This document shows positions 29,423-38,578 of a DNA stretch of 64,000 nt, in pieces. The notes beneath the pieces are model-generated. The model worked only from the letters and a program-made list of their open reading frames with translations. It had not been told where the DNA came from and made no database searches. Within the stretch, counting starts at the first letter, position 1; each line of letters begins with the position of its first letter. Location of the stretch: the IMG/VR virus record IMGVR_UViG_3300029267_004162, positions 186,001 through 250,000 of that record; one strand, given 5' to 3'. The translations under genes were made by a program, and so were the position numbers.

Positions 29423-32284
29423 ATGGGGCAAAGGTCTGAGGGTAAAGGCTATAAAAGACAGGGGCGGGGTGGATTCCGTGGTGGCAGAGAAAACCCCTGG
29501 AATACTCCTTACCCCAAAGTTGATCTGACCAAATCCGGAAGGAAGCTCTATCGAGAAAACCGACCCCGCCCAGCCAGGGACCCTGGTCGATTGGCGGGGG
29601 CACGCAACCCCAATATTCCAGCAGAATTCTATGCTCTTCCCGAGGAGTGTGTTACTACCATTATGTTTGTTGGTGACGCACCTGGGAAAGATGATGATTT
29701 AGCTAACCGAGTATTCCATGGTAGGGCAGGTCATTTACTTCGGTTCTGTATCGAAAATTCCGATCAATCGGCTTATAACATCTATTTGACTAATGTAGTC
29801 AACACGATGCCGCCTATCGTAGAACACAATCCTGAGATTCCCACCGAGGAATCTATTGAAAGTAACCGAGAGGCCCTACAACATGAGATCGAATTAGTAA
29901 GGCCCCGAGTTATCATAGCTCTTGGTCAAATAGCCGTGTCAGCCCTTATTGATGAAGAAGAGGGGGACAGGCTGGTTAACAAACGGGGGAATTTCTATCC
30001 GTGTAAATTTGACCCCGCTATTCGGGTTATGGCGACTTGGTCTCCTTCCATGATTGTGAGGAACCCTCATCGGGGATCACAGTTGTTCCTTGACATAACA
30101 AAGGCATCAGCAAACACGGCCTTTGACATCTCTAAGATGAGAGAGCAGCCGGAGGTGAAGTGGGCTAAGACTTTGCCAGAACTACGAGAGGCTGTGGCAG
30201 AAGCATCCAAGGCCAAAGTCATGGCGTTTGACTTTGAAACAACCGGTCTATCGAGGTGTCCGGGGGATAACGCCATAGTATCCCTGCATTGGTCAACCAA
30301 TAGCACTGATTGTTGGGGAGTTCTGGTTGATCACCCGGATGCGGGGTGGACGAAAAAACAGAAACCCAAAGTACGTCGTTTGCTCAAGGATCTCCTTCGA
30401 AACAAAGTTCCCAAAATCGCTCACAACGCCAAGTTTGACTTAGCCATCGCTCGGGGGTGTCTTGGAATTAGGGTGGCTCAATTCCAGTTCGATACTATGA
30501 TTATGCAGTATCTTCTGGATGAGAATATTAACGACAAAACGCGGTCGGGTGGCCCCCCCATGTTTCGGTCTTCGCTAGACGCGATGGTCCAGTATTGGCT
30601 CGACTTTGTTGACCCAGATTGGGAAGCGGCAAAGGAACACCGCAGCAGTCTGATTCGGGTTCCAGGGAAGGATGTGATCTGGTATGGTTCTAAAGACGCC
30701 TGCTACACCCTACGTCTGTACAAACTACTGCGGAAGCTAATCGCTGCAAAAGACTCTGGTCTTCTCAAAACACCAATGGAGATCATGGCCAAACTGTCCT
30801 ATTCCGTCTCAGAATTAGAGTCGGCTGGTCTGCCCTTTGATATGGATTTGGCTACAAAGCTTCTGGGTACAAGATGGGAAAACTCGCTTTCGAATCTCAT
30901 CAACCGCCAAAGAGCGGATCTGTTCACAGATTCCAAAGTTGCCAAATTTAACGAGCAGCTTAACGACGAGCAAGTCAAACCCACTCTGTTCAAAGTGTTA
31001 GACGACGAAAACGAACAACTGTTTGACCCAATGAAAACCCAGAAACACTTGGTCCCTTTCTATTATGAATTCCTGCGGTTGCAGCCCCCACCAGGAGCAG
31101 AAGAGGGAAAATTCCCCACTGGTAAGGATTTTGAAGAACACTACGGGGAAATAGAAGTCGTTCGACAGATTAAGGAATACAAACAGGCCCACAAAATGCG
31201 GGGGTTCATCGAGAGTTTTGTGGACGCCGCTGCGATGAATACAGACGAACGAATAAGGGCGTCTTTTCGCATTAACTCCACGGTTACTGGCCGGTTGTCT
31301 TGTACTGATCCTAATTTGCAACAGATACCGCGTGCTGAAAACGAGATTAAAACCTGGATAAAACGAATTGTGGCCGTTCCACCGGGGTGGGTTCTCATAG
31401 CAGCAGATTACTCGACTGCTGAAGTGAGAATTGGGGCCATAACGAGTAAAGATGATAAGATGGCTGCTGTGTTTAGGGCCATTAGTAAATTAAAGGCGAA
31501 ATTCCGTAAGAAGCCCACCGCGAAATTATACGAGCGCATTTTTGTGGATGGGGAAGGCGACGCCCACAAACAGAATTATTCGCGGGTGTTTGGTATCCCG
31601 GTTGGTGAGGTTACCAAAGATCAGCGTACTGAAGCCAAGGGGATTACATTTGGTTGCATGTTCTCCGGTACCCCCGAGCACCAAATGGCTGGGAAACTTG
31701 GCATTCCAGTAGAAGAAGCTAAGATAAAGGTAGATGCTTTCCTTGGTCCCTTCATTAATCTAACCAAATTCCTCAAGCAGAATAACGCGGCCGCTGACAA
31801 TGTGGGATTCGTGTACAGCTTGTTTGGACGTCGTCGAACTACGTATGGTGCGTGGTCTATCAAGAGTGAGCATACTCACGCCCGCAATCAATGTCAAAAC
31901 TCTGGGATCCAGTCTACTGCCAGTGACGTTCAAATGCTAGCCGTGTATAAATTCTGGCAGTACGTTTACACTCATGAAAAGGTTTGGCGAGCCGTTAACG
32001 TAGTCCATGACTCCATCTATTTTGTCGTTCCCAGAACAGAACTGAGAGATGCTGTTGAGGTAATCGAAGATGTCATGCTCGATCCAGGGTTGGATCGGTA
32101 CGGGATCGATAAAGAGTTTACGCCCTTGGAAGTGGACATGGAGATTGGTCTAAACGCCGCTGATACCATCACCTGGGATTTTACTACCCAGCACATGGAT
32201 TTGATCGAAAAGTGGCTAGACGCTGGGGCTGATCGGGAGTGTAAACCAAAGAGTCCATTTGCTAAAAAGAAGAAGGAAGGTTGA
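29423..32284 (+). CDS. polA: family A DNA polymerase with N-terminal UDG family 4-like and 3'-5' exonuclease domains
   Basis: VGDAPG, YLTNVV; DFETT, HNAKFD; TGRLS..DPNLQQIP, DYSTAEVR, VHDS. Confidence 0.92.
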   Translation: MGQRSEGKGYKRQGRGGFRGGRENPWNTPYPKVDLTKSGRKLYRENRPRPARDPGRLAGARNPNIPAEFYALPEECVTTIMFVGDAPGKDDDLANRVFHGRAGHLLRFCIENSDQSAYNIYLTNVVNTMPPIVEHNPEIPTEESIESNREALQHEIELVRPRVIIALGQIAVSALIDEEEGDRLVNKRGNFYPCKFDPAIRVMATWSPSMIVRNPHRGSQLFLDITKASANTAFDISKMREQPEVKWAKTLPELREAVAEASKAKVMAFDFETTGLSRCPGDNAIVSLHWSTNSTDCWGVLVDHPDAGWTKKQKPKVRRLLKDLLRNKVPKIAHNAKFDLAIARGCLGIRVAQFQFDTMIMQYLLDENINDKTRSGGPPMFRSSLDAMVQYWLDFVDPDWEAAKEHRSSLIRVPGKDVIWYGSKDACYTLRLYKLLRKLIAAKDSGLLKTPMEIMAKLSYSVSELESAGLPFDMDLATKLLGTRWENSLSNLINRQRADLFTDSKVAKFNEQLNDEQVKPTLFKVLDDENEQLFDPMKTQKHLVPFYYEFLRLQPPPGAEEGKFPTGKDFEEHYGEIEVVRQIKEYKQAHKMRGFIESFVDAAAMNTDERIRASFRINSTVTGRLSCTDPNLQQIPRAENEIKTWIKRIVAVPPGWVLIAADYSTAEVRIGAITSKDDKMAAVFRAISKLKAKFRKKPTAKLYERIFVDGEGDAHKQNYSRVFGIPVGEVTKDQRTEAKGITFGCMFSGTPEHQMAGKLGIPVEEAKIKVDAFLGPFINLTKFLKQNNAAADNVGFVYSLFGRRRTTYGAWSIKSEHTHARNQCQNSGIQSTASDVQMLAVYKFWQYVYTHEKVWRAVNVVHDSIYFVVPRTELRDAVEVIEDVMLDPGLDRYGIDKEFTPLEVDMEIGLNAADTITWDFTTQHMDLIEKWLDAGADRECKPKSPFAKKKKEG

Positions 32285-32285
32285 T

Positions 32286-32504
32286 ATGGAACCCATACTG
32301 ATTGATCCTGAGATGGTTGAAACCCTGCGCGGTGAGGCGAAACGACCAGCGGAAGAAACCACACAACCGGGCGATGCCAGATTGACCGAAGCGTATCTCC
32401 GGGGGTACCAAAACGGGAGGCAAGACATGGCACAAGAAGTTTTGATAGTTGCCAGGCCCGATGTAGCACCTAAAAAGGACGACGACGATGATACTGTTGA
32501 TTAA
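32286..32504 (+). CDS. small acidic protein
   Basis: AYLRGYQNG motif shared with the 41635 and 26131 ORFs. Confidence 0.6.
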   Translation: MEPILIDPEMVETLRGEAKRPAEETTQPGDARLTEAYLRGYQNGRQDMAQEVLIVARPDVAPKKDDDDDTVD

Positions 32505-32635
32505 ACCTTGGCAACGCTGGGCGGCGGTTATTGCTGGTGTGATTCTTGGAGGTCTAGTAGTATGGCTCATATCGTAAAGTGCCCTATTTGCAACGGCAGT
32601 GAGCCTGATCCGATGGCAGAAGAAGGAGAAGCCTC

Positions 32636-32890
32636 ATGACACACCCTGCATTACAGGCTCTTTCTAGAGGGCCACGAAATGTGATGCGACGATTGTTAAC
32701 CGGAGCCTCTTTACACATACAGCCCCTTGGGTATCGTCTTTTAGGCGACGGTCGTCCTCCATGGTGTGTCACCGATTGGTGTGTACGTGATCTGGTATCG
32801 CGAGGATTACTTTACACACCTACACTCAGAGCGTACCCAACTGCTCTCGCTAAGACTTTGCAAAAAGAATTAGTTGGTGGACTTCGTTAG
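32636..32890 (+). CDS. hypothetical protein
   Basis: AAGGAG RBS. Confidence 0.5.
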   Translation: MTHPALQALSRGPRNVMRRLLTGASLHIQPLGYRLLGDGRPPWCVTDWCVRDLVSRGLLYTPTLRAYPTALAKTLQKELVGGLR

Positions 32891-32912
32891 AAAGCCCAGA
32901 GGAATGTGAGTT

Positions 32913-33122
32913 ATGTCAACACCAATTGGTACCCTGCCAATTCTTAACGTCAAGGACCAAGAGCTAGTAGTACATGTAGCCGATGGCAAGTTATTTGTAT
33001 CTACGGGTGGGGACATGTTGTTGGTTTATGACCAAGACACAAGCATAATCGCAAGGGGTTTGTCCCGTTCGTTGCGGGCCAGAGTTGCGTCATTCGTTAA
33101 ATCCTTCTTTATTCATTGGTGA
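32913..33122 (+). CDS. hypothetical protein
   Basis: 69-aa ORF in operon. Confidence 0.5.
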   Translation: MSTPIGTLPILNVKDQELVVHVADGKLFVSTGGDMLLVYDQDTSIIARGLSRSLRARVASFVKSFFIHW

Positions 33123-33128
33123 AGACGC

Positions 33129-33635
33129 GTGATCACATATTTGGACATGGATGGCGTTATCGTTGACTTCAACAAGGGGGTATCGGATAAGTTTGGAGTA
33201 GATGTTACGGACGCGGACACCAGGGCTTTACATAAATTGATTGGGGTTAGTTCCACCCTTTTTTGGAAAACCCTCAATGAATCCAGTACGTGGTGGGCAG
33301 AGTTGGAACCCTATCCATGGTTGGAAGAACTAGTGGATTTGATCGAAAAACGGGGTTCATGGTATCTTTGTACCGCTGCTGCCTCTCTTGCTGCTCTTCA
33401 TGGCAGAGTTAGATGGATTAAGAGGATCTTCGGTTCTCAGTTTGATCGGTTTGTTTTTACTCGGCACAAACATCTGTTAGCTCGACCCCACACATTGCTG
33501 ATTGATGACACGCCAAAACAGGTAGAGGATTTCAGTAGCGAAGAGGGGGCTAGAGCTGTGCTTTTTCCTCAGCCCTGGAATCAGGCCACTTATGACATCT
33601 CGGAATTTATGGATGTTTTGAGGGTAAGTCAATGA
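33129..33635 (+). CDS. HAD 5'(3')-deoxyribonucleotidase-like phosphatase
   Basis: YLDMDGVIVDF, K..LA, LIDD, PWN. Confidence 0.85.
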   Translation: MITYLDMDGVIVDFNKGVSDKFGVDVTDADTRALHKLIGVSSTLFWKTLNESSTWWAELEPYPWLEELVDLIEKRGSWYLCTAAASLAALHGRVRWIKRIFGSQFDRFVFTRHKHLLARPHTLLIDDTPKQVEDFSSEEGARAVLFPQPWNQATYDISEFMDVLRVSQ

Positions 33636-34708
33636 GTTCTCATGCGATTGAAGTCATAACCATTCCTAAGGTGAAAAAACACCCTAACGCGGATACCCTG
33701 GGGTTGGTCGATATTTGGGGTTGGTCCTGTTGTATACGGCTGAATGATTTTAAGGAAGGCGATTTAGCCGTCTATATTCCACCTGACTATATGGTACCTG
33801 ATATTGAGGCATTTCAGTTCCTAAAGGACTCCAGTAGTGACCGATGGCGTCGGATTCGGGTACGTCGATTTCGCGGGATTTTGTCGCAGGGTTTAGTATG
33901 GTTTGCACCGGAGGGCACCAAAGAGGGTGATGATGTCATGGAACTGATGGGTATCACCCGCTACGAGCCGCCTCTTCCGACGAGTTTCAACACAGATAAT
34001 GAAACTGGCCCACATGGTTACTACCCCAAGTATGATGTCGAGAATTACCGCCGCTATGGCAGCGGTATCTTTGTTGAGGGTGAAGAGATAGTAGTAACCG
34101 AGAAGATTCATGGTTGTAACGCTCGGTTTGTTTGTACTCTCCCCAAGTCAGATAAGACTTGGCCAGATGGTACTCCGATAGGTCCTTGTGACGCTGCCTT
34201 CCCCAACGAAAGTGAAACACTAAGGATGTTCTGTGGTAGTCGAACCAATTGGAAGAAAAAGGACGAAAAGAGTCCCTGGTGGCAAACCCTCCAACAAAAT
34301 CCGGCTATCGAAACCTGGTGTCGCGCTCATCCTGGACTGGTCCTTTATGCTGAGGTGTACGGGCAGGTTCAGAGTCTCAAATATGGAGCAAATCGTAATC
34401 AGTTCTTTGTAGCAGTTTTTGATATACTTGATCTGGATGGGAATTGGTTAGAATTTGATGAAGCCTTCACCCTTGTTTCAGAGGTGCCGGGATTGAATTG
34501 GGCACCTGTGGTTTATCGGGGTCTCTGTAATGAGGAAGTTCTTGAGCTGGCGGAGGGGGACAGCCTTATCCCAGGGGCAAACCACCTTAGAGAAGGCGTG
34601 GTGGTTCAACCAATTAAAGAGAGACGCGATAATATGTGTGGTCGGGTAAAGCTCAAAATTGTGAGTAACCAATATCTCGAGGGTAAGAAAAGTCATAGGG
34701 GAGCTTAA
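33632..34708 (+). CDS. ATP-dependent RNA ligase (Rnl2 / DRB0094 family)
   Basis: N-terminal HPNADTL module, SQGL, TEKIHG, AEVYG, FDI, REGVV, KIVS. Confidence 0.9.
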   Translation: MSSHAIEVITIPKVKKHPNADTLGLVDIWGWSCCIRLNDFKEGDLAVYIPPDYMVPDIEAFQFLKDSSSDRWRRIRVRRFRGILSQGLVWFAPEGTKEGDDVMELMGITRYEPPLPTSFNTDNETGPHGYYPKYDVENYRRYGSGIFVEGEEIVVTEKIHGCNARFVCTLPKSDKTWPDGTPIGPCDAAFPNESETLRMFCGSRTNWKKKDEKSPWWQTLQQNPAIETWCRAHPGLVLYAEVYGQVQSLKYGANRNQFFVAVFDILDLDGNWLEFDEAFTLVSEVPGLNWAPVVYRGLCNEEVLELAEGDSLIPGANHLREGVVVQPIKERRDNMCGRVKLKIVSNQYLEGKKSHRGA

Positions 34709-34711
34709 CAA

Positions 34712-34849
34712 GCAGACGGATGTAGGGAACGCCGCCGAATCCAGGCGTGACAATCAGCAGAGCTGATCCGGTACCGGCGCGGGTATCGGGAGTGGTAAGG
34801 GTGAGGAATTCCGCCCGAGGCCCAAGCCCTTACCACTTATTTTCTTTTT
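34712..34849 (+). ncRNA. multi-hairpin element ending in a terminator-like stem
   Basis: three short hairpins, then 12-bp stem 34791-34802/34826-34837 followed by a U-tract. Confidence 0.45.
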
Positions 34850-34870
34850 AATTCGTTAGGAAGGAATGAT

Positions 34871-34973
34871 GCTGTGGCTACATAGCGTGCTGGCTCGGCC
34901 ACTGGAGAGCGGTATACCCGCCTGTAGGAAAACGAGTGCTGCTTGTACAGCCGGTAGGAGTCCGGCCCACAAC
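34871..34973 (+). ncRNA. tRNA-like small RNA (unassigned)
   Basis: 5'/3' acceptor-like stem stacked on a GCCGG-TAGGAGT-CCGGC T-arm-like hairpin; no canonical anticodon arm. Confidence 0.45.
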
Positions 34974-35046
34974 TTTAATGGAAGGAGTCACTCATTCGTT
35001 AGGAGAAGTAATGGGATTGTAGCTCAGTTGGTAGAGCAACGGCCTT

Positions 35047-35658
35047 CAGGAAAAATAGGAGCCTTCTGTGTGGAAGATCGAGAGGGTTGTCAGTGCCAGT
35101 CCTTACAGCTTCGCTGTTGTAAGGAAGCACCCTAGCTTATGCACATGATTACGTGCCTATGCACAGGGTCGTCATGGAGAACATGATCGGTAGACTTCTC
35201 GATTCCGATGAAGTGGTTCATCAAGAACGGGAACAGGAAGGATAATCGACCTAAGAATCTGGAACTCCTGTCTAACGCCGAACACGCTAGGAGACATGGA
35301 TTTGACCAGAAACAAAAGTGGTGCGATTTCGTCTGTCCTATTGTGGTGAATCGTTCTCAAGAAAACACAATCGAACTCACCTAGGGAAGGGGAGGGGAGA
35401 TTGTACCTGCTGTAGCAGGTCTTGTGGAACCTCTTTCGCTAGAAAGAGAAATCTTCAAAGTGCAACTGCAGAAGTGGAGAGTGCCATATCGGGGAACGTC
35501 GTAAGAGTGTACAAGAAGTATGCTCACGATAATCCCGAGGAAACCGTCTGACGCGGGATCCGTAGAGGCCATACGCACTCAGCCTGAGATGGTTAAGAGA
35601 TGGTCCAGCCGACAAGCCAGCCCTAGTGTTGGTGGTTATGGAAACATGATGTCGGATG
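35047..35658 (+). mobile_element. group I intron (612 nt)
   Basis: P3 GAGTGC/GCACTC, P4 TCGGGG/TCCCGA, P7 GGCCA/TGGTC, J8/7 AAGAGA, P9 CCGACA/TGTCGG, 5' exon ends in U and intron ends in G. Confidence 0.88.
35068..35551 (+). pseudogene. frameshifted HNH homing endonuclease inside the intron
   Basis: YVPMHRVVME...EVVH/KNGNRKDNRPKNLELL...H and CP/CG...CCSRSC across three frameshifts; AGGAG + GTG start. Confidence 0.85.
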
Positions 35659-35710
35659 TTAAGCCGTGAGTCGTGGGTTCGAGCCCCACCAGTCCCAATT
35701 ATAAATCTTC

Positions 35711-35783
35711 AGGACCGTAGCTCAGTGTGCAGAGCACCGCCCTCTTAAGGCGGGGGTCGCAGGTTCAAATCCTGCCGGTCCTA
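35711..35783 (+). tRNA. tRNA-Lys(CUU)
   Basis: AGGACCG/CGGTCCT acceptor, CCGCC-CT-CTT-AA-GGCGG, TTCAAAT T-loop. Confidence 0.92.
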
Positions 35784-35799
35784 TTTGGGGTCATACGTC

Positions 35800-37340
35800 T
35801 TCTGGGGAATGTCATCCTGCGGTCTTGTCAAAATTGTAATGCCTCATTTGATATTTCTGAAGCCGAGGTGGCTCGGGGGAGGGGGAAGTATTGTTCTCAA
35901 GCGTGTTATAAAGAGTCCTTCTTAGAGGAGAGGCTTTGTCAATGTGGAACAAAGTTTAAAACCAAAAAGGGGAAACGGGGTCGTAAAACTTGTTCTAATC
36001 GGTGTGCAAAATCCAGAGTATTGAGCGAAGAAACTCGCGATAAAATTAGCAACACCTTATCTCGAGGAGAGCATCAGAAGAAGAGGGGGAAATACACCAA
36101 AAAATGTCACCGCTGTAAAACCTTATTCGAAACATACTCTTCTAAGAGCCGTCTTTGTGGGAGTTGTAAGCAATCTAAAAAATGCAAGGTCTGCAACCGG
36201 GATTTGGTCCAAAAAGAGTGCGTGTGGTGTAAAAAAGCAGTTAGCCAAAAGCCCTTACCTAAGCGGTGCCGCAATAAACGAGGGGCCAAGCTGTTGGTAG
36301 AAATCTTGAATCTAACTCAGGACAATAACCAACAGCTCTGTGAAGACTTGGGCGTGGATTTCGTAGTGGGGAAATTGGCTATTGAATACCAGAACCCAAA
36401 GTATCCCTATTCCACAGACAACGACCACGAGGATCAGTTGATGTCGCGGGGGTTTGTTCCTCATCCGATTAGTTGGAGTTTGGAGGGGGAACCTGATTCG
36501 AAAGAGCGTTTGCGGCTGGAAGCCGATATCATTGATTTTTGTGCGGCCAACGATAATCCGTTTGTATTCACATACGACAAAATCGCTTTTCAAGACCAAT
36601 ACGCCCGTTTACAAAAGACTACTTCCCTTAAAGGCTTCTGCTATTGTAGAACGGCCATGGAGTGGTACCACAAACATCTGTGGACAATGAAGACGTCCAG
36701 AGCCGAAGTTGATCCCATATCCTATTGGCGGTGCAACCCGGCGAAAATAACCGCCAATAGAATAAAATACGCCAATTTGTCTCCAACTTCCCTACGTCGC
36801 TATTTTAAGCTTTTTGACATGGTTCCAACCATGTTCCAGGATTCATTAGGTAAGCGAATGGCCCTCATGGTTGACGGGCCGGAGATAGTGGACCCCTTTG
36901 CTGGTTTTGGTGGTCGAATGTTGGGGGCTTGTGCTATTGGGAAGACATACACTGGATTCGACATCAACCCCTGGACTTGTAGTGCTAACGTTATCATGGC
37001 TAAGGAAATGGGGCTAACCGGCGTACGTATTCATCACGCTGATTCTTCTCAGATGGATCCCGTTGAATGTGACGGAGTAATTACTAGTCCGCCTTTCTTC
37101 AACAAGGACGAATACGGGGATGGGGGCTATGATTCGCTTGAGCAATATCAACGCGCGATTCATGAGACGTTCAAGCGAATCACTCTCCGGGACAAGGCCA
37201 TCTTGGATTTCAAGCCGGTTCAGGGGTGTTCTTTAGATGATTTTGTCGCGGCCCTGCCGTATCGGGTCCAGAAGATAGAAGAAGTGAATTTCGGGGGGTT
37301 GGGCCGTAAATCTATACACCACTGGGTGGTGGCCTGCTAG
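35800..37340 (+). CDS. fusion: Zn-ribbon/NUMOD3-like + degenerate DUF559-like nuclease + DNA amino-methyltransferase
   Basis: multiple CxxC, SEETRDKIS, DF...LAIEY, DPFAGFGGRMLG, GFDIN, TSPPFF; start uncertain (track start lies inside the tRNA). Confidence 0.75.
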
Positions 37341-37362
37341 GTCTTGTTAGGTTTTTGTTGTA

Positions 37363-37392
37363 TTGACAGATACCCCCCTCTTATGGTATAAT
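37363..37392 (+). promoter_or_regulatory. consensus sigma70-type (early) promoter
   Basis: TTGACA-N18-TATAAT; flanks similar to the promoter at 19995. Confidence 0.8.
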
Positions 37393-37466
37393 GGAAATAG
37401 TGAAAGACATTTTATTAAGAGGTTTGGAACAGGTCGCAAGCCAAGCGGTAGTTCGGATGTCCGAGG

Positions 37467-38462
37467 ATGTCCAGTCCTTGTTATCGACATTATGGACAAA
37501 TCGATAACTTTCTGAGCTATTCGCTGTTCCCTAAAACCAGGAGGTGCAATGTGTGTGGCCCTTATGGACACGCGTTCGTAAGTGAGATTCCCGTCCAAAC
37601 ACCGGATTTGGATGGTAACTTCGACGATGTTGAAGGAGATGGTGAAACGGGCAACCCAGTCCCTGTCGCTCCAGATAAAAACCTCCCTAGTGACGGGGCG
37701 GTGGGACTTGCGTTGGGAGATGAGCAAAAGAAGACCAGTCGGTCCGAAGCTGCTCGTAAAGCCTGGGAAACCAGAAAGAAACTGTATGGTCCCGGTGGAC
37801 GAAAACCGAGATCACTGGTATTACCCAGTGGTCAGGTGTTCTTACCTGGGTACCCTGCTTTGAACAGTCATCATGAAATTCTTACCCGGCATTCTTTGTC
37901 TAATCAAAGACGAAGACGCAGGGCAGGATGGGTTCCATGTGGGCTCCATGTGCATGATGGTTCTCTGCTTCTTCAAAACAATCGTGGCCACTCCACCCTT
38001 CCTCTCGCTGATGTTGATATCAAATGTGCCGAGCAAAATTGGCTCACTAGTATGCGGGGTGGGGGATTGTGGGATTTCGTAGCGTTCCATGGTGGTCGTC
38101 TCCAAGACAAATGGGAATGGATGAAAGAATTCCACAGGTGGTTGGATTTGCCGTTTGTCTATGGGCAGCTCAAGGGTAGGGTCGCCAAAGACAACTATGT
38201 CAAGATGCTGGAACTCCAGGTTTATCTTGATGTCGTGCAAGGAATAACCATGCCGGGGGCTGTGCTCTATACTCAGGCCCACATAAGGGGAGACATCTAC
38301 GCAGAGTTAGATGAGGTGTGTAAAAAGCAAGACACACTGAAAGTGGTTCAGCAGAAATTGGCTAAAAGCATGATACAACTTTGGGGCCGCGATCCGATGG
38401 AAGCCGCTGACACTTTGGTAGATCACCCCAATGACTTTATTGGTGAGCATGTTCTTAACTGA
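37467..38462 (+). CDS. hypothetical early protein
   Basis: 331 aa; SRSEAARKAWETR motif, N-terminal Cys residues. Confidence 0.65.
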   Translation: MSSPCYRHYGQIDNFLSYSLFPKTRRCNVCGPYGHAFVSEIPVQTPDLDGNFDDVEGDGETGNPVPVAPDKNLPSDGAVGLALGDEQKKTSRSEAARKAWETRKKLYGPGGRKPRSLVLPSGQVFLPGYPALNSHHEILTRHSLSNQRRRRRAGWVPCGLHVHDGSLLLQNNRGHSTLPLADVDIKCAEQNWLTSMRGGGLWDFVAFHGGRLQDKWEWMKEFHRWLDLPFVYGQLKGRVAKDNYVKMLELQVYLDVVQGITMPGAVLYTQAHIRGDIYAELDEVCKKQDTLKVVQQKLAKSMIQLWGRDPMEAADTLVDHPNDFIGEHVLN

Positions 38463-38532
38463 CATTCGACGAGCGTGGGCGGGCAGTGTTTCCCCGGACA
38501 CGTCTGCCCCCTCGTCGGACGAATCATTTACT

Positions 38533-38578
38533 TGGGGAGCAGGGTTGGCATCACAAGCCCCTGCTCCCCACTCTTTTT
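38533..38578 (+). terminator. intrinsic terminator
   Basis: 12-bp stem TGGGGAGCAGGG/CCCTGCTCCCCA plus TTTTT. Confidence 0.7.

Larger units (their letters stand above)
35013..35697 (+). tRNA. tRNA-Lys(UUU), exons 35013-35046 and 35659-35697, intron after U34
   Basis: joined exons give a 73-nt cloverleaf, stem ACGGC/GCCGT, loop CT-TTT-AA, A73; CCA not encoded. Confidence 0.85.

Noticed and set aside
34722-34750. Cobalamin riboswitch-like AGGGAA-CGCC...GGCG
   Set aside because: Remaining aptamer elements absent, and it lies downstream of a gene and upstream of RNAs
35041-35665. tRNA-Asn(GUU) reading of the split tRNA
   Set aside because: Would need the intron to end in U rather than G; GGG acceptor and A73 fit Lys
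35727-35800. Track start of the 537-aa ORF
   Set aside because: Falls inside tRNA-Lys(CUU); the real start must be downstream
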